In this document: piece after piece, positions 20,564 to 30,654 of the stretch
Numbering within the stretch: position 1 is the first letter of the stretch
Layout: every line of letters begins with the position of its first letter
Source: Promethearchaeia archaeon
GTDB taxonomy: Archaea > Asgardarchaeota > Lokiarchaeia > Sigyniarchaeales > SOKP01
Assembly (NCBI GenBank): GCA_029856045.1
Contig: JAHQWG010000035.1
Coordinates: 73,213-137,212 of the forward strand
Direction: 5' to 3'
Length of the DNA: 64,000 bases
The notes under the pieces: model-generated
Databases searched by the model: none
Told to the model about the DNA's origin: nothing
Seen by the model: only the letters and a program-made list of their open reading frames with translations
Translations under genes and position numbers: made by a program

Positions 20564-21827
20564 ACTCAAGATTTTCAAGCTGTTATTGGTAATTTTCTGC
20601 ATCATAATCTTAGTTTGGGGTTGCTTGTGGATATATTTATTATTTGTCGGAGGTAGACAATTACGGGGTGTTATGATATTATTAGAGGAATTTGTCGCGC
20701 AAAGTGCGACTTTGATGGTTGGTCTTTGCGTTTCAGCCACAATTTTATTGTTGAAACTCTTTTCTTCTAAAAGAATTCGTCATCCAAAACAATATTATGC
20801 TCTCGCTATTATTGGTTTTACAATTGCTGGATTGAATTCTATGTCCTTACTAGCCACCCCATTCACAATATTGCACGCCAATGTTGAATTCGATGAAGTT
20901 TTTGGGCCTAATTGGGAAAACTCCATCCCTAAAGATGTTAAACAACATTTCCTCCAAACTCCTTATATTCTTCCTACGCATATTCTAACAATTCCCGAAA
21001 AACCAATTCTTGTAGAAAAAGATGTTTTATTTTATGAAGGAGAAAATATCACGCTATATTTTGATGTATATATACCTGCCCGGCCATCATCGGAATTGCC
21101 TGGTAATGGAAGTATTATTATTAATCTTCACCCAGGCGCTTGGTGTTCTGGAGGAAAAGGCACATGGAATATGATTTCAACTAGTAAATACTTGGCAGGT
21201 CAGGGTTATGTTGTATTCGATATTGAATACGGATTGATAGAATGGTTCCATTATTATGCTGCAGCTCCAGATACTCCTGTGCATGTAATGGGTAATTTTA
21301 CCATAGAGGATCAAATCAGACATATAGGAATTTTCACAAAGAGACTTGAAAATGAATTTGCAGCGACTTACGGGGCCAATTTGGATTCCGTTTATTTTAT
21401 GGGTAGATCTGCTGGAGCACACCTTGCAGGTGTATCGGGATTGGGATATAATGAAGAATTCCATAATGGTACTTTTAGTTCGAAAATGAAAGTGAAAGGG
21501 ATTATACCATTATATACCCCTTCAGCAGCTCCTGATGCATTTTTGAAAGAAGACCAAGAAACAAATCCCGAATTATTTGATGCTTATGCATTTGAAAAAC
21601 TCTCTGACCCACAAGATCCACCTGCACTTTTCTTTCAAGGAACTAGTGATGGTCAAGTATCGAGCACAAGTGTTGAAACTTTAGAATCAGAGATGGAATT
21701 GAAAGGGGTTCAATGCTGTCTTTTAATATTCCCATTCGCAGGCCATGCTAATGATTTCGTTTTAAGTACGAACATTGGTCAAGTATGGGTTTATTATTTA
21801 GAACGTTTTCTATATTTAACACAATAA
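20556..21827 (+). CDS. Membrane-anchored alpha/beta hydrolase (esterase/lipase, HSL/BD-FAE-like)
   Basis: HPGAW oxyanion motif, GRSAG nucleophile, QGTSD acid, AGH histidine; three N-terminal TM segments. Confidence 0.85.
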   Translation: MNKLKIFKLLLVIFCIIILVWGCLWIYLLFVGGRQLRGVMILLEEFVAQSATLMVGLCVSATILLLKLFSSKRIRHPKQYYALAIIGFTIAGLNSMSLLATPFTILHANVEFDEVFGPNWENSIPKDVKQHFLQTPYILPTHILTIPEKPILVEKDVLFYEGENITLYFDVYIPARPSSELPGNGSIIINLHPGAWCSGGKGTWNMISTSKYLAGQGYVVFDIEYGLIEWFHYYAAAPDTPVHVMGNFTIEDQIRHIGIFTKRLENEFAATYGANLDSVYFMGRSAGAHLAGVSGLGYNEEFHNGTFSSKMKVKGIIPLYTPSAAPDAFLKEDQETNPELFDAYAFEKLSDPQDPPALFFQGTSDGQVSSTSVETLESEMELKGVQCCLLIFPFAGHANDFVLSTNIGQVWVYYLERFLYLTQ

Positions 21828-22011
21828 TTTACTTCGAGATATCTTATATCCACAATGATAAAGAATATGGATTTGAATCAATATAATTTAAATAACTTCC
21901 CTTTTTTTTAATTTCTATTTTTAATATAAATTCATTTTATTATCTGATTAATAACCTAGTTAAAATGGAGGATCTTTCAAAATATATTGTAAATAATAAA
22001 TCATTAAGCCG

Positions 22012-22033
22012 GGAGTCTTTTTTTATTTAAATA
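22012..22033 (+). promoter_or_regulatory. T-tract + TATA promoter motif
   Basis: GGAGTC-T7-A-TTTAAATA, nearly identical to the copy at 11534. Confidence 0.55.
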
Positions 22034-22089
22034 GTTACTTTTGAAACTGATGATAACGCATCCCATAATTAAAAATTGATTTTATAAAA

Positions 22090-22482
22090 ATGGAAGCAGA
22101 ATCGAGAGCAAACAGAAAATTTGGTTCCATAAACTTCTTTTTGGATGAAGATTTCATCAATACATTTAAGTGGAAGCAACCAAAATGGGATGAGTTTGAA
22201 TATCAAATTTTTAAAAGGTATTATGCTCATTATATTGAAGAGGAAGATCGCCTTGAAGAATTTTGGGAAACCTTAAAAAGAGTGATTGAAGGCTGTTTTG
22301 GTATTCAAAAGGAACATTGTATGAATTTAGGAATACCATGGGATGAACAAGACGCTCAAAGATCAAGCCAATTAATGTTCCAAAAAATGTGGCATTTTAA
22401 ATTTCTAGAGCCTGGTAGATATATGCTAAAATTTTCTGAAACTCTTTTAAAATATTCTAACTCAGTTAAGAAATATAGATAA
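22090..22482 (+). CDS. Stand-alone N-terminal segment of class II (B12-dependent) ribonucleotide reductase
   Basis: IFKRYY..EEFWETLKRVIEG..IQK..WDEQDAQ..MF..KFLEPGR resembles the monomeric NrdJ N-terminus ending in FLPPGR; no catalytic core. Confidence 0.65.
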   Translation: MEAESRANRKFGSINFFLDEDFINTFKWKQPKWDEFEYQIFKRYYAHYIEEEDRLEEFWETLKRVIEGCFGIQKEHCMNLGIPWDEQDAQRSSQLMFQKMWHFKFLEPGRYMLKFSETLLKYSNSVKKYR

Positions 22483-22521
22483 TAATTTTAAAAAAAAGTT
22501 TATTATTTCAGCGCAATTTGT

Positions 22522-22782
22522 TCAAGTAATTCCTGCACCAAATAATTTCTGAGATTCTAATAATTTATTTTCATACTGTTTTGATTTAATCATAGCCCGA
22601 AACAATGAAATATCTAATTTTAATTCAAAAATTCCATTTTTACTTACAAAATCATCTAATTTATCTAATAACCAGTTTGATTCGATTATTTGATTTTTAC
22701 TAAGGTAAATGTGTACAATTTCTAACAAGTTTTTTATTCGTTTTATTTGACTTTTTTTGGCTTTCTTCATATCTGTTCTCAA
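22522..22782 (-). CDS. Small hypothetical helical protein
   Basis: 86-aa ORF; T-tract TATA motif at 22833-22846. Confidence 0.5.
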   Translation of the reverse strand: MRTDMKKAKKSQIKRIKNLLEIVHIYLSKNQIIESNWLLDKLDDFVSKNGIFELKLDISLFRAMIKSKQYENKLLESQKLFGAGIT

Positions 22783-22910
22783 AATTAAATAATTTAATTT
22801 ATTTTATTATTTGCAAAATTATTGAGCGAAGATATATAAATAAAAAGGACATACATTAGCGTTCTTTAACAAATTTTTTTCTTTAAATATATTTATTTTA
22901 AACAGGAAGT

Positions 22911-23018
22911 ATGGCACAAATAACTTCGATAATATTAATATTAATTGCATCTTTGGGAATTGGATTTATATTTTTCTTCATCAAAAATGTTATATCATTT
23001 TATATAAATTCAAATTAA
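22911..23018 (+). CDS. 35-aa single-TM microprotein
   Basis: MAQITSIILILIASLGIGFIFFFIKNVISFYINSN*; AGGA upstream; T7-C-TTTAAATA with TATA 29 nt before ATG. Confidence 0.55.
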   Translation: MAQITSIILILIASLGIGFIFFFIKNVISFYINSN

Positions 23019-23113
23019 AACTCCTTGAATTTTTGCAGATAGTTTTTTTTCTTTATATAAATCATTTTTATTTTATTTTATTTTTATAGATAAGAGAGAT
23101 CAAATATTTTATT

Positions 23114-23488
23114 ATGAAAGAAACAATAAGAAATGTTAAAAATATATCAGCAGATAAAATAAAAACTCAATTAAATACTTTAGATTTCATCGTAGAATCC
23201 ATAAGAGATATTATTTTTGACACTCAATATTTAGCAATATTAAAAAAGACCATTTTAAGATTAATTAATGGGCAAATTGAACAAAAGGACTTAAAAAGAT
23301 TGATAATTGAGCATGGAGTTAGTTCAGTAGAAGATATTAAAGATTTAATTAAATTATATACTGAAACAGAGATTAAAAGAGTTATTAAAAGCGTTGAAGC
23401 ACAAAAAGATAAAATTAAAAAATATAATCAATTGCTTTCAAAAATTGCTCCTAGAGTAGAAAAAATTTATAATAAATTGAGTTTGTAA
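23114..23488 (+). CDS. Hypothetical helical/coiled-coil protein, co-operonic with Hef
   Basis: 124-aa ORF ending 7 nt before the helicase start. Confidence 0.6.
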   Translation: MKETIRNVKNISADKIKTQLNTLDFIVESIRDIIFDTQYLAILKKTILRLINGQIEQKDLKRLIIEHGVSSVEDIKDLIKLYTETEIKRVIKSVEAQKDKIKKYNQLLSKIAPRVEKIYNKLSL

Positions 23489-23495
23489 AGAGTGA

Positions 23496-25580
23496 GTGAA
23501 AATTAGCAATTCAAGGACCTTAAAAAATGAAGAGAATAATCTATTAAATTTCAATTTTCTTAAAAACGAGAAAATTGACCATAGAGAGTATCAAATAAAT
23601 ATTGCTAAGAAATGTTTTGGTAATAATTCCTTAGTTGTGATTCCAACTGGGTTAGGAAAAACGATAATATCTATAATTATTGCAGCTCATACTCTTGAGA
23701 ATTCTCCACCACATAGTAAAGTGGTAATTTTAGCACCAACACGCCCCCTGATTAACCAACATCATGAAAACTTTTTAAAATTCATGAATATTCCTAGTGA
23801 AAAATTCAGTATTTTAACTGGACAGATCGAGCCACATAAAAGGACACACGAATTTATGAATAATCAGGTCTTATTTTATACTCCTCAAACATTAAGGAAT
23901 GACATCTTAAATAACAGATATTCTTTAATGAATGTTTGTTTAGTTATATTCGATGAGGCCCATCGAGCCCAAGGAGACTATGCTTATTGTCAAATTGCAG
24001 ATGAATATATTGAACATAATAATGATGGAATTATACTTGGTCTTACTGCCTCTCCAGGGTCAAACAGAGAAAAAATCTCAGTTCTTTGTAAAAACTTGCA
24101 TATTCCCGATTCTAATATTTTCCTTAGAACAAGAGATGATAAAGATGTTAAAGATTATATCAAACCAATGAAAATTTGGAAAGTTGGTGTTGATATGACA
24201 GATTTAATGAGATTAGTTCATTCCGCTTTAAAAAAAATGATTCAAGAAAGATTAAATTACCTAAATTCTCTTGGATTTATTGATTCTAATAAAGAACAAT
24301 TGGAAAGTATCTATAGAAAAGATTTAATAAAATTAAATCGAGATCTTTTAGAAATAATTAATGGAGATGGAAATAAAACGGGTGCTTATAAAGCATTATC
24401 AATTAATGCACAAATGCTTAGGTTGTTTCATATGTTAAGCTTAGTTGAGAGTCAAGGACTTGATTCATTATTATCTTATTTAAAATCTATGAAAAATCAA
24501 TCTTCACAAAAAAATGCCTCTAAAGCGTTAATTATTTTAGCGAATGATTATGAAATCAATAAAATCTTCAATGAACTTCAGCAATATAATGAATTAGATG
24601 AATTAATATTAATCCATCCAAAATTCAATATTTGTAAAGAAATAATTTTAAAGGAGCTTAAAGCAAATCCTAATGCAAGAATTTTAGTATTTTCAAAATT
24701 AAGAGATTCAGTAGCAAATATCTCTTCTAAATTAAAAAAAAATAGTTTGATAAAACCAAAAAGATTTGTAGGGCAAGCAACTAAATCAACTAATGATAAA
24801 GGTCTTTCTCAGAAAAAGCAAATTGAGATATTAAATAAGTTTAAGAATGGAGAATATAACGTGTTGGTATCAACTAACGTAGCTGAAGAAGGACTTGATA
24901 TCACAGAATGTGATCTTGTCATATTTTATGATGTTGTTGCTTCGGAAATTAGATTTATACAGAGAAAAGGGAGAACAGCTAGAATTCGTGAGGGTAAAGT
25001 AATTATTCTTTATTGTAGAGGAACTTCAGATGAAATATATTTACGTATTTCTTTAAATAGACTTAAAAGAATGTATGAATCATTAAATAACACGAAAAAG
25101 ATTCCTGAAATTAATAAACAAAAAAATAAAATTAAGCGTATAAAAAAATCACAGAATGAAAATTTAGATAATTATCTTTCTCCTATTGTAATATTAAGTA
25201 AAATTATTCCTTTATTTTTTGGAATTCGACAATTCTACTCAGAATCCGGTATTAAATTTCAGGTATCCTCTAATGATTATCATATTCAAATTCAGAATCA
25301 AATAGGTATTCACATCTTTGAACCTAGAGATTTAATACAACAAGATGCAAATAATCAGTTTAAAAATTTTATTGAAAAATTTAAGAAAAGTTTTAAAATC
25401 ATTATAATTATAGCCCAATTTCTTGATTTTACCGAGATTTTTAAAAATGAAAAGAAGTATATCAAAAGAAAATTATTAAAGATTTCTCAAAAATATGAAA
25501 TTCAAATTATTCCTATTGATAATAAAGATGAATTATTTCTTTTATTGAGAGGATTTTTCAAAAAGAGAATAAAGAAATGA
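23496..25580 (+). CDS. hef: Hef/FANCM/Mph1-family helicase with degenerate C-terminal ERCC4-like domain
   Basis: REYQ, PTGLGKT, LAPTRPL, DEAHRA.GDYAY, GLTASPG, RFVGQA, GLSQKKQ, EEGLDI, IQRKGRTAR. Confidence 0.9.
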   Translation: MKISNSRTLKNEENNLLNFNFLKNEKIDHREYQINIAKKCFGNNSLVVIPTGLGKTIISIIIAAHTLENSPPHSKVVILAPTRPLINQHHENFLKFMNIPSEKFSILTGQIEPHKRTHEFMNNQVLFYTPQTLRNDILNNRYSLMNVCLVIFDEAHRAQGDYAYCQIADEYIEHNNDGIILGLTASPGSNREKISVLCKNLHIPDSNIFLRTRDDKDVKDYIKPMKIWKVGVDMTDLMRLVHSALKKMIQERLNYLNSLGFIDSNKEQLESIYRKDLIKLNRDLLEIINGDGNKTGAYKALSINAQMLRLFHMLSLVESQGLDSLLSYLKSMKNQSSQKNASKALIILANDYEINKIFNELQQYNELDELILIHPKFNICKEIILKELKANPNARILVFSKLRDSVANISSKLKKNSLIKPKRFVGQATKSTNDKGLSQKKQIEILNKFKNGEYNVLVSTNVAEEGLDITECDLVIFYDVVASEIRFIQRKGRTARIREGKVIILYCRGTSDEIYLRISLNRLKRMYESLNNTKKIPEINKQKNKIKRIKKSQNENLDNYLSPIVILSKIIPLFFGIRQFYSESGIKFQVSSNDYHIQIQNQIGIHIFEPRDLIQQDANNQFKNFIEKFKKSFKIIIIIAQFLDFTEIFKNEKKYIKRKLLKISQKYEIQIIPIDNKDELFLLLRGFFKKRIKK

Positions 25581-26113
25581 TTGAAAAAAATGCCCAAATA
25601 AGAAATTATATTGTATTTCCTTGTAGGAAGTGCTATCAATATACTTATGCTCATGTGGATCAAAAAGGAAAAAAATGCCCCCGTTGTGGACAAAATCACA
25701 AAATTTCAGAAATCTCTGGAGAAATTGTCAATAATTTGAAAGAAGCAAATCTATTGGTAAGAAAAAAACAATATGAATTTGATAAAAAAAGTGGATTTAA
25801 AAAACTCCACTTATCATCTTTAACATCTGGTTTTACCATACCAGGATCTGATAAATCTACAATTAATTTCCAGCAATTTATAGAAAAGAATAGAAAAGAT
25901 AATAAAAATTCATATAACAAATTTATATTTTGGCTGAAACAATTAAAAAGTAATTTTTCTACAATTCCAGAAAATATTTTTAATTTATTTTTTATAAATA
26001 AGGGTTTTAAGAGTTCAGAAATTAGACAATTTACAAAATTGGCTTTAAAAAACAAAAAAATTGATCAAAATTTAAAAATTAATGATGTTAAATATTATCA
26101 AATAGTTGTTTAG
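25577..26113 (+). CDS. Zn-ribbon protein (DUF1922-like)
   Basis: YIVFPCRKC..KKCPRCG; overlaps the hef stop. Confidence 0.65.
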   Translation: MIEKNAQIRNYIVFPCRKCYQYTYAHVDQKGKKCPRCGQNHKISEISGEIVNNLKEANLLVRKKQYEFDKKSGFKKLHLSSLTSGFTIPGSDKSTINFQQFIEKNRKDNKNSYNKFIFWLKQLKSNFSTIPENIFNLFFINKGFKSSEIRQFTKLALKNKKIDQNLKINDVKYYQIVV

Positions 26114-26142
26114 ACTTTTCTTTTGTATTATAATTTTTATAT

Positions 26143-26676
26143 TTAAATCATATTAGCATTTTCCATCATTACACGAGCTATAGCGACGAAGACTGATTCA
26201 ACATTTTCACCAGATTTAGAAGAACATTCAGTGTATCCAATTAAATTATGAGATTTTGCCATCTCTATAGCTTCTTCTCTAATTACAGTTCTTTTTTGAG
26301 AAAGATCTGCCTTCCCTCCGACCATCAAGATTGGAATTTTGTTATAATCATCTTTTAATCCTTGACTTATTACCTTAAGCCATTGATCTAAATTTTTAAA
26401 ACTGGAATATCTGGTAATATCATACATGAAAATACCTCCAGAAGCCCCAATTACATAACCAGGCAAAAGAAACCTGAATCTTGATTCTCCTGCAAAATCC
26501 CAGATTTGTAAAGAGATCTTTTTCCCGTCGTAATTAATATTTTTTAAGTGAAAATCAAGACCTATTGTCATTAATGAATCACTTTTAAAAATACCAGTAA
26601 CATAACGATAAGTTAATGCAGTCTTTCCTACCCCACCCTCCCCACAAATAAAAATCTTAAAAACTGCATCTCGAAT
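26143..26676 (-). CDS. Rab-like small GTPase (probable ATT start)
   Basis: Frame extends 35 codons upstream of the tracked Met and includes FKIFICGEGGVGKT; then TIGLDF, LQIWDFAGE, GKAD, ECSSK; AGGTGA SD 7 nt before ATT. Confidence 0.9.
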   Translation of the reverse strand: MRDAVFKIFICGEGGVGKTALTYRYVTGIFKSDSLMTIGLDFHLKNINYDGKKISLQIWDFAGESRFRFLLPGYVIGASGGIFMYDITRYSSFKNLDQWLKVISQGLKDDYNKIPILMVGGKADLSQKRTVIREEAIEMAKSHNLIGYTECSSKSGENVESVFVAIARVMMENANMI

Positions 26677-26982
26677 TTTGTTATCACCTTGATTTTGAAA
26701 AAAATTTTTATTTTGTCTTAATTGAAATTTAATAATTTATGTATTTAATTTTATAGATATTAAATTATAAAGTATAGATATTCTCATACACTATTAATAA
26801 GCAAAATATTCAATTATTTTTTAATTTTATCTTATTTTAAAGGATTAAATACACCATTTAAATTACTCATTCATAATAAATTTTTTCATTCAAAATGTTA
26901 ATCAATTTTATCGTCATTAGAATTGCAAGAATATTATATAAATATTAGATAAAAGAAAATAGTTTCCTCTGCTTTAAAGTTA

Positions 26983-28035
26983 TCAATTTCTTCTTTTAAA
27001 AAAAAAATTGCATTTTTCGTAATTATTAGTAAATTTAATTATATTATTTTTTATCCTTTCTGAATTTAATGTATGATCTTCACACATAAATTCCATAATT
27101 TTCTCTATTTGAGGATAATTCCATTTAAAATTAGAATAATTGCTAATTACTTCAGGAAATAGAAATATTTTTCTAATCTCCGCGATTTTTTTTCCATATA
27201 ACCCAGAGAAATCGAATTTAGACGTACAATTTTTGACAACTGATTCAATAGAGCCAAATTTTTTAATAAACCGTAATGCTAACTTGGGACCTATTCCCCT
27301 AATTCCTTTATTATAATCCGTTCCAATAAGCATTGCAATATCAACTAATTGAAATAGATCAATGTCCCATTTTTTTAAATTCTCTTTTAATTTAATGATA
27401 GATGGTTTTATTTTTGTATATTGCCAACTATTATTTATTTTCCTTACTCTAGATTTTGATAAATTTCTAACTTGTCCCAAGCTTCCGAAAACTAAACAAT
27501 CAAAATCCTGGCTAACCGTAAAATCTACCACTTTTGTTTTAACCAAATAAGCGCATTGTGACTCCGCTGATGCAGGAGATTCCACGTAAGGAATTCCCAA
27601 ATATGATAACATCTTTTTTGATTCTTGAATTGTATTAATCCACAAAAATTCTTTTCCAGTAGCGATTTGTTGAGCAAGTTGGTAATTATGATTTTCTATT
27701 GCTTCTTTGTATTTTTGTTTAATATATTGGAAATCATGTAATTTATCTTTTGTAATCAATCGTTTATAGGGATGTACACAACCATCAAAACAAAAAATTG
27801 GGAGTATTTTTTTTGAATAATAAAAATTTATTCGATATAACAGTCCATAAAGATGAGAGATAATCCTTCTTGTTCGATCAAGCATATATTTTGAGTTGAA
27901 ATAACTGGATTTTTTATAAGAATAATTTAATAAAGACATAACAATATTAGGGCCATCTACGGCAACTATACTACCTTCCAAATCCTTTAATTCAATTTGA
28001 TGAATAGTCAGAATATCTTTAATTTTTACTCCCAT
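26983..28035 (-). CDS. FEN1/XPG-family flap endonuclease paralog
   Basis: MGVKI, VAVDG, SHLYGL, FDG, AESQCA, SQDFDCLVFG, GTDYN.GIRGIGPK; no C-terminal PIP box. Confidence 0.9.
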   Translation of the reverse strand: MGVKIKDILTIHQIELKDLEGSIVAVDGPNIVMSLLNYSYKKSSYFNSKYMLDRTRRIISHLYGLLYRINFYYSKKILPIFCFDGCVHPYKRLITKDKLHDFQYIKQKYKEAIENHNYQLAQQIATGKEFLWINTIQESKKMLSYLGIPYVESPASAESQCAYLVKTKVVDFTVSQDFDCLVFGSLGQVRNLSKSRVRKINNSWQYTKIKPSIIKLKENLKKWDIDLFQLVDIAMLIGTDYNKGIRGIGPKLALRFIKKFGSIESVVKNCTSKFDFSGLYGKKIAEIRKIFLFPEVISNYSNFKWNYPQIEKIMEFMCEDHTLNSERIKNNIIKFTNNYEKCNFFFKRRN

Positions 28036-28059
28036 TTCGATAAAATGTTACATATTGGG

Positions 28060-28077
28060 AATTTAAAAACAAAAAAA
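28060..28077 (-). promoter_or_regulatory. T-tract + TATA promoter motif
   Basis: Minus strand T7-G-TTTTTAAATT; about 32 nt before the FEN1-like ATG. Confidence 0.5.
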
Positions 28078-28189
28078 TAACTTGGATTAGGAAAAATCTT
28101 TTAATTTCTTAGCATTTTAAAAATTTTTGTTTAAATATGCTCATTTTATTTTTTGTCTGATTAATATTAAAAAAAACAGGATATATAAA

Positions 28190-28735
28190 ATGCAAGCAAT
28201 ACCGAAATTATTATATAAAAATAAAATTTCAGAAATTTTGGATGAAATTAGATATAATTATGGGATTTTAACACGACATGGTTATATTTATGGTTTAATA
28301 GCAGTGGATCAGGACGCAAAAATTATTGCAGTTGATACCAGATTTGATAAAAAATTAAATTATTGGGATCTTGCATCGATTGGTACAGCATTATATGGAG
28401 TTGCAAAACAAGGTCAAGATTTCTTCGAGGCAGAAGAACTTGAGCGCGGTGCCTTAATTTATAGAAACATGCAGTTATTTGTTAAATCTATCGGTAATGT
28501 CCATATTGGAGATAAGGGTAAAAGAGATATACTTATTGTCATTTTAGCAGATAATGAAGTGAATATCGGAATTATCATCTTACAAATGAGTAAATTTGCA
28601 AATAAGATAAAAACAATTATTGAAAAAAGCGGAAATATTAAGAACACATTGAAAATGACAGAAAGTGAACTTAGAGAACATATAAAAGAATTAAAAAAGC
28701 AAATATTTTCGGATAAAATCGGAATTATCTCATGA
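28190..28735 (+). CDS. Roadblock/MglB-like protein
   Basis: LIAVDQDAKIIAV, ILAD.EVNIGII roadblock pattern; adjacent to an MglA-like GTPase; ATG 28190 preferred over TTG 28127. Confidence 0.7.
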   Translation: MQAIPKLLYKNKISEILDEIRYNYGILTRHGYIYGLIAVDQDAKIIAVDTRFDKKLNYWDLASIGTALYGVAKQGQDFFEAEELERGALIYRNMQLFVKSIGNVHIGDKGKRDILIVILADNEVNIGIIILQMSKFANKIKTIIEKSGNIKNTLKMTESELREHIKELKKQIFSDKIGIIS

Positions 28736-28753
28736 TTTGGAGGTCTATAGCTT

Positions 28754-29401
28754 GTGATAATCAAATCTGAACACGATTCTAGCAAATCAGAACTTCCAGA
28801 TTTTAATAAGGATGATTATATAATTCAATTTAAAATTGTATATTGGGGTCCAGGTGAATCAGGAAAAACAACAAATTTTCTAAGATTAAAGGAAAAATTC
28901 AGTTTTTTAAAAATTTCTAATGGATATTCTATAGATACTACTGATGGCAGAACACTTTGGCACGATTCCATATTTTTTACATTTAATTTGCAAATAAAAG
29001 GAAAAAAATATAATATTATTACTCAAATAACCACTTGTACCGGTCAAGAGCGTTTTTTATCAACTCGAGAGTATGTTATCGATGGTGCTGATGGAGTTAT
29101 CTTTGTTGGAGATTCATGTCCTGATAAAATAGAGGAAAATAAACGGAGCTATCGAGAGCTAATAAGTTTTGTCAATAGAAATAATATACCTATTGTTATT
29201 CAGTTAAATAAGCGAGATTTACCAGATGCAATTTCTTTAAAAAATTTTAAAAAACATTTAGGTCTTCCAAATTTAGATAAAAATTCAGATGGAACACCAA
29301 TTGTTTACGAAACCATAGCTTTAAAGGGTGAAAATGTTGCAAGAGTTTTTGAAGATTTGGTTATGAAAATATTCATCAATTTTTTTATAAAAAATAATTG
29401 A
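28754..29401 (+). CDS. MglA-family small GTPase
   Basis: KIVYWGPGESGKTTN, RTLWHD, TCTGQ, GADGVIFVGDS, QLNKRDLPDA. Confidence 0.85.
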   Translation: MIIKSEHDSSKSELPDFNKDDYIIQFKIVYWGPGESGKTTNFLRLKEKFSFLKISNGYSIDTTDGRTLWHDSIFFTFNLQIKGKKYNIITQITTCTGQERFLSTREYVIDGADGVIFVGDSCPDKIEENKRSYRELISFVNRNNIPIVIQLNKRDLPDAISLKNFKKHLGLPNLDKNSDGTPIVYETIALKGENVARVFEDLVMKIFINFFIKNN

Positions 29402-29416
29402 AGGTATATTGTTAAT

Positions 29417-30586
29417 ATGGATACTGAATATGACATTATATCTCCTGAATTCTTTTATTTATTATTTTTTAAGCAAAAAAATCTAATTATTTACCCATAT
29501 CTTGATTTAAAGCATTTAATCCCCCTTGAATGCTTTTTAGTAGGTTATAATATTGAAAAATTAGATGGAACAGCATTATATAATATAAGTGAGATTATTG
29601 AATATGGTTCAGTTCCTACTCATAATCATAATCCTACATTTTTTATCATCACAAATGTTAATCGAGAAGAAATTGAAAAATTAATTAAGATCAAGGATCT
29701 TCATTGTATAATTAACACAAAAGAAGACGTATCTAAAGATTTCATTTCTAATTCCAATTTTATTGTATATAATAAAAAAAAGAAAACTTTTCTAAATCAA
29801 GATTTTTCTAACATTGATCTATCATTTGAAACTCAGATAATACAAAAATCTTCTTCATTAGAATTTTTAACTGATGAGATTCAATCTATTAAAAATCTTG
29901 GTAATAAGATATATCTGGAACTTAATAAAACCGGAAAAATTGAAGATATTATGTACTTACTGAGTGAATTTAAACCTCAATACCATAAAACAATTTTAGA
30001 TTTTGTTTCAAATTATTATAAAATTGTTATTCCTATTTCTATTCCAAAAGAACTAAACCAGTCCAATAAAAAATCAGACTCCAAAATAATAGAACAATAT
30101 CAAAAAATTCAAAAGATAAATTTAAAAATATTTTCGATTTTTAAGACCTTATTGCAGGATTACAAGAAAAATTTTGATGATAGTAATCTAACAACTAAGC
30201 AATTATTTCCGAGAAATTTTTTTGTATATTTAAGAGAACATCATTGGAAAAATGGTATTCCTCGAAAATTTTTAAATAATTGGCATTCTCGTTATATCAG
30301 TCAAATGAACCCAAACGATGAGGATTACACAGAATTCAAACAGATTTTAAGTATATTAGACGTATCTGAACCAGAAATTAACTCTCTTTTTATAAAGAAC
30401 TTATCGACTAAGGAAAAAACAAAACCACTGATAATAAATAACTCTAATTCCTCTATTGATTTCAACCTTAAAGAAATTGATAATAAAGAGATTCCAAGTA
30501 TTAATAATATAGACAAGTTTGAAAAATGGATCCTTAATAAATTAGATCAGATTGATTCAATACTAGATAAAAAAGATCTTCCTTAG
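29417..30586 (+). CDS. Hypothetical protein
   Basis: 389-aa ORF co-oriented with the MglAB-like genes and XPF; no motif recognised. Confidence 0.6.
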   Translation: MDTEYDIISPEFFYLLFFKQKNLIIYPYLDLKHLIPLECFLVGYNIEKLDGTALYNISEIIEYGSVPTHNHNPTFFIITNVNREEIEKLIKIKDLHCIINTKEDVSKDFISNSNFIVYNKKKKTFLNQDFSNIDLSFETQIIQKSSSLEFLTDEIQSIKNLGNKIYLELNKTGKIEDIMYLLSEFKPQYHKTILDFVSNYYKIVIPISIPKELNQSNKKSDSKIIEQYQKIQKINLKIFSIFKTLLQDYKKNFDDSNLTTKQLFPRNFFVYLREHHWKNGIPRKFLNNWHSRYISQMNPNDEDYTEFKQILSILDVSEPEINSLFIKNLSTKEKTKPLIINNSNSSIDFNLKEIDNKEIPSINNIDKFEKWILNKLDQIDSILDKKDLP

Positions 30587-30654
30587 TTTTCCTTTTAATT
30601 TTTATACTTTCATCATAATAATATTTCTGTAAATTATAGAATGGGTGTATAATT

